45,813 bases of DNA. Origin: a virus (Duplodnaviria > Caudoviricetes). The notes below the pieces were generated by a model. The model was not told where the DNA came from, made no database searches, and saw nothing but the letters and a program-made list of their open reading frames with translations. The stretch's first letter is position 1; each line of letters starts with the position of its first letter. This document shows positions 7,753-15,745 of the stretch, piece by piece. The stretch spans positions 1-45,813 of IMG/VR virus record IMGVR_UViG_3300012921_000078; one strand, given 5' to 3'. The position numbers and the translations under genes are program-made.

Positions 7753-8390
7753 CCCGGCCCTCGAACGCGCTCCTGATTTCCCGCGCCTGCTCGACGCCCG
7801 AGGCGAGGGCCGCGCGGAGCCAGCAGGCGAAGGCGAGCTGGGCCGACCCCGAAGTGCGGGCGAAGCGCATCGCTGCGCTTAAGGCTGCTGCGTCGCGCAG
7901 TGACGTAAAGCGCCGGCGGCGGCTTGCCATCGTGCTTTCGAAGCGCGAGCCGGAAGCGCGGAAACAGGCGCGGCGCGGCCTGCAAATCAACTGTAATAAG
8001 TCCCCCCAGTTCTCCATAGATTTCAACGGCTTGGCTCATGCGATCCAGAGCGTGCGACGCGCGCCCAAGCAGGCCGCGAAACAAGCCGGGGTGCTGTTTG
8101 CCTTCGCCGCCTATCGCGCCTCGGCCGCGGCCGCCGCGATCGAGGGCGGGGTCGATGCCGCGCGGATCGCGAACCCGCATGTGTGGTGCGGGCACCGGAT
8201 CGCGAAGCTCGGCGGCGTCGCGCAGTACCTTGCGGTGACGGCCTTCGGCGTGCCGCACCGGCTGCTTGCGGAAAGCGCGGGCCTCGACCGGCGGCACATG
8301 CGCCGGGTTTGTTCCCGCATGGAAGAAGCCCGCGACGACGAAGCGACCGACGCGCTGCTCTCGCGGATCGAGCGGAGGCTCTCGCATTGA
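7749..8390 (+). CDS. DNA-binding protein: basic N-terminal helical repeats + DnaA-domain-IV-like HTH
   Basis: C-terminal AQYLA...GV...LA...GLDRRH....C..MEEARDD...DALL..IE resembles DnaA_C-like small regulators. Confidence 0.6.
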   Translation: MTRPSNALLISRACSTPEARAARSQQAKASWADPEVRAKRIAALKAAASRSDVKRRRRLAIVLSKREPEARKQARRGLQINCNKSPQFSIDFNGLAHAIQSVRRAPKQAAKQAGVLFAFAAYRASAAAAAIEGGVDAARIANPHVWCGHRIAKLGGVAQYLAVTAFGVPHRLLAESAGLDRRHMRRVCSRMEEARDDEATDALLSRIERRLSH

Positions 8391-9433
8391 CCGGGCCTTC
8401 CTTGCAGGAAATCAGAAGCGAACTAAAGGCGCGCATCCGCCCGCTGGTGCGGCAGCTCGCGCCCGGCGGGCACGAGCTCGGCGGAAAATATTTCGCGCTG
8501 AACCCGACGCGCAACGACCGCTCGGTCGGCTCGTTCGTGATGTGGCTCGACGGCGACGGCGCCGGCGCATGGAAGGACTACGCGACCGGCGACAAGGGCG
8601 ACGTGTTCGACCTGATCCGCTACTGCCTCGGCCTCGCCGAGAAGCAGGAGTTTGCCTGGGCAAAGAACTGGCTCGGCATCACCACGGGCGCTGCGCCGCA
8701 AGGGCGCATCGTGCCAAAGGCCTCGCCCGTTTCCGGCGAGGACATGGAGAAGCGGCGCGAGAAGATGGTGCGCACCGCGCGCGCGATCTGGCTGGACTGC
8801 CAGCCGTCGCTGCTCGAGACCAAAGCCGAAACCTATTTCTCTGCGCGCGGCATCGACCTGCGCATGCTGAAGAAACAGCCCGGCGCGCTGCGCTATCACG
8901 CCGCGCTCGAGTGGCACGGCGAGCACGACACCAAGAAATTCCCCGGCATCGTCGCCGCCATGGTGCGCGAAGGCGAGGGCATCGTGGCCGTGCACCGCAC
9001 CTACCTCAAGCAGGACGGCTCCGGCAAAGCGGAGGTGAAGCCCGCGCGGAAAGTGTACGGCGATGTTTCGGGTGCTGCGATCTACCTCTCGCGCGGGCAC
9101 AGCGATCTGCCGGTGAAGGAAGCCAACGAGAACGGCATCGCCGACACGCTCGTGCTTTGCGAAGGGATCGAGGACGGGCTTTCGATCGCGCTCTCCGATC
9201 CCGATGTCCGCGTGTGGGCGGCCTATTCGCTTTCCAATCTTGCGGCGCTGCGGCTGCCAGCCTGCGCGCATGACGTGATCGTCTATGCCGACAACGACTG
9301 GGGCAAGCGCGAGGCGGAGCAACAGTTCAAGCGCGCGATCGACGCGCTCGGCAAGCAGTGCCCGCGCATCAAGGTGGCGCGCTCGCCGCACGGCAAGGAT
9401 GCGAATGATCTACTGCGGAAAGGTGCAGCGTGA
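8387..9433 (+). CDS. TOPRIM primase-like protein
   Basis: TTG start after GGAGG; HRTYL, LCEGIEDGLS, ADND and KDAND motifs; N-terminal CHC2-like region lacking Cys ligands. Confidence 0.88.
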   Translation: MTGPSLQEIRSELKARIRPLVRQLAPGGHELGGKYFALNPTRNDRSVGSFVMWLDGDGAGAWKDYATGDKGDVFDLIRYCLGLAEKQEFAWAKNWLGITTGAAPQGRIVPKASPVSGEDMEKRREKMVRTARAIWLDCQPSLLETKAETYFSARGIDLRMLKKQPGALRYHAALEWHGEHDTKKFPGIVAAMVREGEGIVAVHRTYLKQDGSGKAEVKPARKVYGDVSGAAIYLSRGHSDLPVKEANENGIADTLVLCEGIEDGLSIALSDPDVRVWAAYSLSNLAALRLPACAHDVIVYADNDWGKREAEQQFKRAIDALGKQCPRIKVARSPHGKDANDLLRKGAA

Positions 9434-9630
9434 GCGTGTTCTGGTCCATCGACTGCATGAAATGCCGCGCACCGCTGGTGCTCAACGGATTTTTCTATCG
9501 AACGGTGCGTTCTGCGATCAAGCGCGCGCTGCACTACGGATGGAAAGTCGATACCCGCCGATGGGGGCGCTACCGCGCAACCTGCCCAGGTTGCCTAGCA
9601 AAAGCAGCCAAGAAAAGGAGGCGCAAATGA
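9430..9630 (+). CDS. Small Zn-ribbon protein
   Basis: CMKC...GW...CPGC; GTGA/ATGA overlaps. Confidence 0.7.
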   Translation: MSVFWSIDCMKCRAPLVLNGFFYRTVRSAIKRALHYGWKVDTRRWGRYRATCPGCLAKAAKKRRRK

Positions 9631-10142
9631 AAGCCGCTGAACTTCGCGAACATCACAAGGCGATCCTGTCTGCGCCGCCGTTCGATGTGCAGGATGCCAT
9701 CGCGATCGCGCTGCATGCCGGTGACTTCGCCGCAAAAGCTGCGGGCCGGGCCGCCGCCGACCTCTTCGCGAACAACTACAATCTGCAGGCGCTGGTGCAG
9801 CACGCGAAGCGCGACCGCGACCTGAAGCCGGACGTTGCCTTCAAGGTGGCGGGCGGCTCGATCGCGTTCGAGCATGTGAGCAAGGACATCCGCTTCGGGT
9901 TCATCGCCTTCTGCGAAACCTTCAAGGCGCTGCGCATCTATGCCGAGCGCGAGGAAGCGCACTACGCGCGGGTCTCGATGGAGATCGCACAAGCCGAAGC
10001 GCGCGAGGCGAAGGCGAAGCAGTCGCCCTTCTTCAAACAGTTCACCGCGCTGCGCGACAAGCTGCGCGATCGACGCAAGGCGAGAGAGCAGAAGGCGAAA
10101 CGACCGAAAGCAAAAGGAGGAACGAAAGATGGCAAGCGTTAA
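9627..10142 (+). CDS. Hypothetical phage protein
   Basis: AGGAGG RBS, ATG 9627, basic C-terminus. Confidence 0.7.
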   Translation: MKAAELREHHKAILSAPPFDVQDAIAIALHAGDFAAKAAGRAAADLFANNYNLQALVQHAKRDRDLKPDVAFKVAGGSIAFEHVSKDIRFGFIAFCETFKALRIYAEREEAHYARVSMEIAQAEAREAKAKQSPFFKQFTALRDKLRDRRKAREQKAKRPKAKGGTKDGKR

Positions 10143-10362
10143 TTCCGCCGGCAACGACCGCACCGTGAACAACACGATGCGCCACCAGTACCGGGTGCTC
10201 ACCGACAAAGAGAAGGCAGACATGCTCGCGATCAAGGATCACGGGCTTGCGATGCACCAGCTGCTCGAGCAGATCGCGCCCGATGGCTCGCGCGAAATGT
10301 CGATCGCGAAAACCAAGATCGAAGAAGCAGTGATGTGGGCGGTTAAGCACATCACGGCCTAA
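10129..10362 (+). CDS. Acb2/Tad1-like cyclic-nucleotide sponge (anti-defence) candidate
   Basis: AGGAGG RBS; YRVLTDKEKADM..IK..G...SREMSIAKTKIEEAVMWAVKHIT resembles the Acb2/Tad1 helical hairpin. Confidence 0.75.
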   Translation: MASVNSAGNDRTVNNTMRHQYRVLTDKEKADMLAIKDHGLAMHQLLEQIAPDGSREMSIAKTKIEEAVMWAVKHITA

Positions 10363-10395
10363 CGGTTCGCCGCACGCGCGGCGAAGGATTGCACC

Positions 10396-12324
10396 ATGAC
10401 TGATAAGCCGAACACGGCAGGCGTGCGCGCGTCGCTCGCCGATGCGCAACCGCTTGTGTCGAAAGCCTTCCGCGCCGGCAACGATCCGGTGCCGGGGAAG
10501 GCGCGCCGCGTCGGCAAGAAGGAACTGCAGCCCGGCAACTGGGAGCCCGACGCGCTCGGCCTGCCGCCCGATTGCCCGGTGATCCCGCTCGGGGTCGCGG
10601 GCGACGACTACATCTTCCTCGACACCATCGGCCAGCTGCGCGCGCTGCCCTATTCGAAGGCCTCGAAGAAAGCGGTGCAGTCCCTGTTCATGGGCCGCGC
10701 CGGCTTCACCATGTGGGCCTGGCCGAAGTGGAGCGAGAAGGCCGGCGGCGTCACCGGCGTTGCCGCCGACGACGCGATCGACTGCCTGTTCGAAGCCTGC
10801 TCGAAGAAGGGGCCGTGGTCGCAGGTCGAGCGCGTGCGCGGGCGAGGCGCATGGCGCGGGCAGGACGGCGCGCTCGTGCTGCACTGTGGCGACGCGCTCT
10901 TCACCGCGCACGAAGGCCGGATGCAGGTGGTCACGCTCGGCGAGGTCGGCCGCAACGTCTATCCGACACGGCCGCCGGTGCCGACGCCATGGCCCGACCA
11001 TATCCCCGACACGCAGGACCCGGCGCGGCTTCTCGTGCCGCTGTTCAAGTCATGGAACTGGCAGCGGCCGGCGGTCGATCCGTTCCTCGCGCTCGGCTGG
11101 ATCGGCATGGCGATGCTCGGCGGCGCCATGCCCTGGCGCCCGACCGTCTTCATCACCGGCGACAAGGCGACCGGCAAGTCCACCTTTCAGGAGGTGATCA
11201 AGGCCGTGCTCGGCGATGCGCTGGTGCAGGCGGCCGACACCACGGCGGCTGGCATTTACCAGCACGTCGGCATGGATGCGGTGCCGGTCGCTGTCGATGA
11301 ATTGGAAAGCGAAGCCGATCCGCGCAAGGCCAAGAACATCATCAAGCTCGCGCGCCTCGCAGCCTCCGGCGCGCTGATGCTGCGCGGCGGCGGCGAGCAT
11401 ACCGGCGTGGAATTCCAGGCGCGCTCGGCGTTTCTGTTCTCGTCGATCAATCGCCCGCCGCTCGAGCCGCAGGATCTGTCGCGCCTGTGCCTGCTCCAAC
11501 TCGACAAGCTGCCGAAAGATACGGTTGCAATCTCGCTCGACATGACCGCGCTTGCCAATGCCGGGCGCATGTTGCTGCGCCGGCTCGCCGAAAACTTTCA
11601 CCGCTTCGACGAAACGCTGAACGCATGGCAGCGGATGCTCGCCGCGATCGGGCACGAGATGCGGGGGCAGCGCACCTATGGCGTGTTGCTCGCTTGCGCC
11701 GACCTCATGATCGGCACGGCCGCAAACGATGTCGGCTTTCCCGGCGAGGACGACCCGGTGTGGCGGGATGCGCTCGCTCCCAACCTGCTCCCCGAGATGG
11801 AAGATGCGCGCGAAAACTGGCGGGCCTGCCTCGACTACATGTTCTCGGTGCCGGTCGAGACGTGGCGCAACGGCACGCGCTCGTCGATCGGCCAGGCGGT
11901 GCAGGATTTCTACGAGGACCGCGGGCAGATCGGCGAGGACGGCTTCAGCTTCTCGAAAGCCGACGCGCTTCTGCGCACCACCGGGCTTGCCTTGCAGAAG
12001 CCCGAGCGACCGCCCGAGCCCTACTGGCTGGCGGTGCCGAACCAGCACCCGATGCTGACCCGCCTGTTCAAGGATGCGAAGTGGGCGGGCGAGCCGGGCG
12101 CCGGCGTGTGGGCCGGCGCGCTGCGGCAAGGGCCGCGCTTCGATCCGAAGATCGAGGGCAACGGCGACCCCGCGCGGCGGGGCTTATGGAAACTCGGGCA
12201 GGCAAGGATCACCGGGCGCATGTGCAAGTGCACGCTGCTCTCGCTCGATTTCGTCTGCGGCGAGCGCGGAACAAACCATGACGCGCCTGCGGGCGGGGAG
12301 GGTTCGGATGCTCCCCCGCTGTAG
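10396..12324 (+). CDS. Replicative helicase / P-loop ATPase
   Basis: Walker A GDKATGKST, Walker B AVDE, FSSIN, SR arginine finger; downstream of primase. Confidence 0.85.
   Translation: MTDKPNTAGVRASLADAQPLVSKAFRAGNDPVPGKARRVGKKELQPGNWEPDALGLPPDCPVIPLGVAGDDYIFLDTIGQLRALPYSKASKKAVQSLFMGRAGFTMWAWPKWSEKAGGVTGVAADDAIDCLFEACSKKGPWSQVERVRGRGAWRGQDGALVLHCGDALFTAHEGRMQVVTLGEVGRNVYPTRPPVPTPWPDHIPDTQDPARLLVPLFKSWNWQRPAVDPFLALGWIGMAMLGGAMPWRPTVFITGDKATGKSTFQEVIKAVLGDALVQAADTTAAGIYQHVGMDAVPVAVDELESEADPRKAKNIIKLARLAASGALMLRGGGEHTGVEFQARSAFLFSSINRPPLEPQDLSRLCLLQLDKLPKDTVAISLDMTALANAGRMLLRRLAENFHRFDETLNAWQRMLAAIGHEMRGQRTYGVLLACADLMIGTAANDVGFPGEDDPVWRDALAPNLLPEMEDARENWRACLDYMFSVPVETWRNGTRSSIGQAVQDFYEDRGQIGEDGFSFSKADALLRTTGLALQKPERPPEPYWLAVPNQHPMLTRLFKDAKWAGEPGAGVWAGALRQGPRFDPKIEGNGDPARRGLWKLGQARITGRMCKCTLLSLDFVCGERGTNHDAPAGGEGSDAPPL
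12306..12317 (+). promoter_or_regulatory. Late-promoter-like motif GGATGCTCCCCC, copy 1 (upstream of terS)
   Basis: Same motif at 15425, 18696, 31094, 35227. Confidence 0.65.
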
Positions 12325-12450
12325 CCCCGACCCTAAGGATTTCAGGAAGGTTCGGCGCGGCGGGCGGGTTCGGGGTGAAACGGTCTCGATTTGTTCGTTG
12401 CTAGTGCGTTGCGCGTCAAGCCTTTGAGAGAGCGAATGAAATTCTCCTGC

Positions 12451-12536
12451 GAAACGATGAAACGCTGAAACGGCTCCCCCCTATACGAGCCCGCGCGCGC
12501 GTATAGGCAGCCATGGTTTCTTCGTTTCATCGTTTC
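12451..12536. repeat. Long imperfect palindrome with GAAAC iterons (candidate replication origin)
   Basis: GAAACGATGAAACG/CGTTTCATCGTTTC outer arms, CCTATACG/CGTATAGG inner arms, adjacent AT-rich tract. Confidence 0.75.
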
Positions 12537-12557
12537 ACAGAGAGATTAGATTAATAA

Positions 12558-12570
12558 AATCAATGGGTTA
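12558..12570 (+). promoter_or_regulatory. IHF consensus site AATCAATGGGTTA
   Basis: Exact WATCAANNNNTTR match with upstream AT tract. Confidence 0.65.
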
Positions 12571-12649
12571 GAATGAAACTGCAGAGAAACGCCAGCGCCG
12601 GGACCGTTTCCGAAAGGCAATTAAAAATTGCCGGATATTCGGGTTCGGC

Positions 12650-13237
12650 ATGAGCGCGGGCGGGCGCAAGTCGGTGACGGCCGAGTTCGTGGGCGCGGCG
12701 AAAGCCGAGTACGAGGCCGACCGCGCGCGCGCCGAGGGCGAGCAGCCGTCGCTGTTCCCGGCGCCGACGCGCTTCTCCGGCCCGCGCGCCGACGCGCTCA
12801 ACCTCGCGCTTCGAGAGCATCACGGCCCGGGCCGTCCCGCGGGATCCCCGAACAAATCGACCGAGGAATGGCGGCAGTTCCTGCTCGGTCATGGCGTCTC
12901 GCCGCTCGTGCAGATGATGCGCTGGTCGCTGATGACGCCGACCGCGCTCGCCGCCGAGCTCAAGTGCGAACGCCTGGAAGCCTTCGATCGGCTGAAAAGC
13001 CTGTGGGTCGAGCTCGCGCCCTACACGAACCAGCAGCTGCCGCGCGCGGTCGAGATCGCCGGCGCGTCGGCCGGCATGCTCGTGCTCGGCGTGATCACCG
13101 CCGAGCAGAAGGCCGACATCGAGCAGAACTTCGGGCCGGAGGCGCTGCGCCTGGTCGAAAATAAAGGCGAGGAAAATCAAGCAGTTATGATCGACGTTAC
13201 CCCGCAGTCTCACGAGGGAAAGTCTCATGAGAAGTGA
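12650..13237 (+). CDS. terS: Terminase small subunit candidate
   Basis: GPGRPAGSPNK motif; position directly upstream of terL. Confidence 0.7.
   Translation: MSAGGRKSVTAEFVGAAKAEYEADRARAEGEQPSLFPAPTRFSGPRADALNLALREHHGPGRPAGSPNKSTEEWRQFLLGHGVSPLVQMMRWSLMTPTALAAELKCERLEAFDRLKSLWVELAPYTNQQLPRAVEIAGASAGMLVLGVITAEQKADIEQNFGPEALRLVENKGEENQAVMIDVTPQSHEGKSHEK
13175..13187 (+). promoter_or_regulatory. IHF consensus site AATCAAGCAGTTA in the terS 3' end (pac-region candidate)
   Basis: Exact WATCAANNNNTTR match; near-match on the opposite strand at ~13237-13249. Confidence 0.6.
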
Positions 13238-13522
13238 AGCCCTTGATTTGTCGGGTCAATTCGCAACCGACCTCCTGCTCGTGCATCAGGTGGGCTGCGC
13301 TTTGCCGGGTCGCGATCGAGCCGACCATCGGCAATTCCTATCGCCGGGTTTCTCCCCCGGGGTGTCCTGCGCTCTGCGCGCAGCTGGCGCGACCAGCCCC
13401 CGGAAAACGCGCGAGCCCCACCCGCCCGGGAGGTTCTCATACACGAAATGCGGAAATCCGCAGCTTTGGGGGCGGGCGAAACCGGATCGTCGCTTTGCGG
13501 GGTTCGGGGCCGGGGCGCGGGC

Positions 13523-15031
13523 ATGACCATCAACGTCTCACAATTCAAACCCGCAGGGCCGATCGCGGCAAAGTTCATCAATTCGGATGCGCGAAATTGC
13601 GGGATCATGGGGCCGATGCGGTCGGGCAAGACCACGGCCGCGCTCTACAAGCGGCTGCGCCGCGCGCTCTCGCTGCCGCGATGCAAGAATGGCAACCGCT
13701 ACTATTCGTTCCTTGTCGTGCGCGACAGTTACGGCGCGCTCTACGATACCACGATCCGCTCCTGGCACCGGATGTTCCCGGCGAGCGTCGGCAAGTGGAA
13801 CGGCACCGACGGCCGCCCCGCGAACCATGAGCTTTCGTTCGACACGCCGGACGGCTCTCGGCTTTTCCTGCGCGCCCGCTTCGTCTCGATCCAGAAGGAC
13901 AGCATCGAAAACCTGACGCGCGGCGCGGAATTCACCGACGTCATGCTCGAGGAAGCGGACCTGCTTCCCGAAGATCTCGTGAAGTTCTGCAACGGCCGTG
14001 TGGCGCAGTACCCGACGCGCGAAATGCTCGGGCCGGGCGTGAAGGCGAGCGGGCAGGTCGATGTCGTCACGAACCCGCCCGATACCGAGAACTGGTTCTA
14101 CAAGCGCTTCGTCGAGGACCAGCTTCCGCTGCACGAATTCTTCCAGCAGCCGAGCGGGCTCTCGCCGGAAGCCGAGAACATCGAGAACATTCCCGAAGGC
14201 CGCGCCTACTACGAGAACCTCGCCGCGACCGAGGCCGCCTGGTACGTGCAGCGCATGGTGCACGGCCGCTTCGGCGCTTCGCGCTCGGGCGAGGCGGTCT
14301 ATGCCAACGAGTACGACGACACGAAACACTGCGGCAACCGGATCATCGAGCCCGCGGACGTGCCGCTCCTCTTGGGCTTCGACCAGAACCTCGTGAACCC
14401 GGCCTGCACGATCTCGCAATGGATGCCGAGCGGACAGTGGCGGACGATCGGCGAAGTGGTGCCGGGTCGCATGGGCGGCTTCCGCTTCGGCGGTTACGTG
14501 CGCGAATTCCTGCGGCGCGAGCTGAAGGGCCTGCCGATCCAGAACGCATGGATCGACCCCTCGACTGCCGTCGGCGCCGACACCGAGGGTGGGGATCTCA
14601 CCTACCTCGAAAGCCTGCGCAAAGGGCTCGGCTTCCACGTACAGCTCGCGCCGACGCAGGAGCTTTCCGCGCGCATCTCCGGCATTTCGAACTTGCTGAA
14701 GGCACCGGACATCGTGTTGCCGAGCGGCGAGAAGGTGCCGGCTTACGCGCTTTCCTCGAAGTGCAAGATGCTGCGCAAGGGCTTCCTCTCGCACTATCGC
14801 TTCAAGCGCGAGCGGAACGACCCGAAGGCGCGGCTCATGCCGAAGCCGGACAAGAACGAATATTCCGATCCGATGGATGCCGAGGCGTACAAGATCAACG
14901 GCGCCTTCGGCATCCACAACATCACCGGAAACGTGCAGGTCGTGCCGCGCTATCAGCCGCCGAAGCCCGCCCGCCCGCAGTCTTTCGTGAACCCCGCCAA
15001 TCGCGGCGACTTCGACGTGTTCAAGGTCTAG
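13523..15031 (+). CDS. terL: Terminase large subunit
   Basis: Walker A GPMRSGKT, Walker B VMLEEA, TNPP, nuclease LGFD...DPS...DPMDA. Confidence 0.93.
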   Translation: MTINVSQFKPAGPIAAKFINSDARNCGIMGPMRSGKTTAALYKRLRRALSLPRCKNGNRYYSFLVVRDSYGALYDTTIRSWHRMFPASVGKWNGTDGRPANHELSFDTPDGSRLFLRARFVSIQKDSIENLTRGAEFTDVMLEEADLLPEDLVKFCNGRVAQYPTREMLGPGVKASGQVDVVTNPPDTENWFYKRFVEDQLPLHEFFQQPSGLSPEAENIENIPEGRAYYENLAATEAAWYVQRMVHGRFGASRSGEAVYANEYDDTKHCGNRIIEPADVPLLLGFDQNLVNPACTISQWMPSGQWRTIGEVVPGRMGGFRFGGYVREFLRRELKGLPIQNAWIDPSTAVGADTEGGDLTYLESLRKGLGFHVQLAPTQELSARISGISNLLKAPDIVLPSGEKVPAYALSSKCKMLRKGFLSHYRFKRERNDPKARLMPKPDKNEYSDPMDAEAYKINGAFGIHNITGNVQVVPRYQPPKPARPQSFVNPANRGDFDVFKV

Positions 15032-15033
15032 GC

Positions 15034-15636
15034 ATGGTCACGATCGAAAGCCCCGCTGCGAAGCGGCAAATCATGCGCATCCTGATGGCCGGCGCGCCGC
15101 CGGCCTCGGTCGCGCGGCTCCTGCACGGCGAGTTCGACAACCTCGATCGCGGCGCGTCCTACGTGCTGATCGAGGACGGCCAGCCGCTTGCGGCGTCGGG
15201 CTTTGTCCGCATCGAGGAGCCTTCGCCGGTCTCGCTGTCGATTGCAGGCATGAGGCCCGTGTTCGTCCTGTGGTTTCTATCGAGCCGTCACGCGGCGCCG
15301 CACGTCCGGCTGATCGCGACCCGCGCGCGGGCGGAGATGCGGGCGCTCGCCGCTGCCGGCTGCTGCGTGCTTGCCGACATCGACGCCGGATTTTCCTCGG
15401 CAAAGAAGCTCGCGCGGCTCTGCGGGATGCTCCCCCGGGTCGAAGTCGAAGGGCATCACTTGTGGGAATTCACTGACGCACCGATCGAGAAGGACAACGG
15501 CCATGGAAGCGATCTCGGGACTATTCGGCGGGAAGAAAGCCGAGCGCCAGATGCGACAGCAGCAGGAGCAGGACCGGCAGAACGCCCAGGCGGAGCAGGC
15601 GACGGCGCGGATGCAGCAGAACAAGGCCGCGGCTGA
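15034..15636 (+). CDS. GNAT-fold-like virion-associated protein (T7 gp13-like)
   Basis: PLAASG...WFL...AKKLARLCG pattern; 3' end overlaps next gene by 134 bp. Confidence 0.55.
   Translation: MVTIESPAAKRQIMRILMAGAPPASVARLLHGEFDNLDRGASYVLIEDGQPLAASGFVRIEEPSPVSLSIAGMRPVFVLWFLSSRHAAPHVRLIATRARAEMRALAAAGCCVLADIDAGFSSAKKLARLCGMLPRVEVEGHHLWEFTDAPIEKDNGHGSDLGTIRREESRAPDATAAGAGPAERPGGAGDGADAAEQGRG
15425..15436 (+). promoter_or_regulatory. Late-promoter-like motif, copy 2 (upstream of pre-portal/portal genes)
   Basis: GGATGCTCCCCC exact. Confidence 0.65.
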
Positions 15637-15742
15637 CGCCGCCGAAGCCGACCAGAAAACCAAGCAGGTCACAAGCGTGCGCGGCCGGCGCGGTCTCGCG
15701 GCCTATCTGCCGTCGAGCGAACTCTCCGACACGCTCGGATAA
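15503..15742 (+). CDS. Small virion protein preceding portal (gp7.3-like)
   Basis: MEAISGLFGGKK...RGRRGL...LG; AAGGA RBS; position. Confidence 0.75.
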   Translation: MEAISGLFGGKKAERQMRQQQEQDRQNAQAEQATARMQQNKAAADAAEADQKTKQVTSVRGRRGLAAYLPSSELSDTLG

Positions 15743-15745
15743 CCC

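Noticed and set aside
10366-10385. Hairpin TTCGCCGC-ACGC-GCGGCGAA as a terminator
   Set aside because: No U tract; it abuts the helicase RBS and its role cannot be assigned
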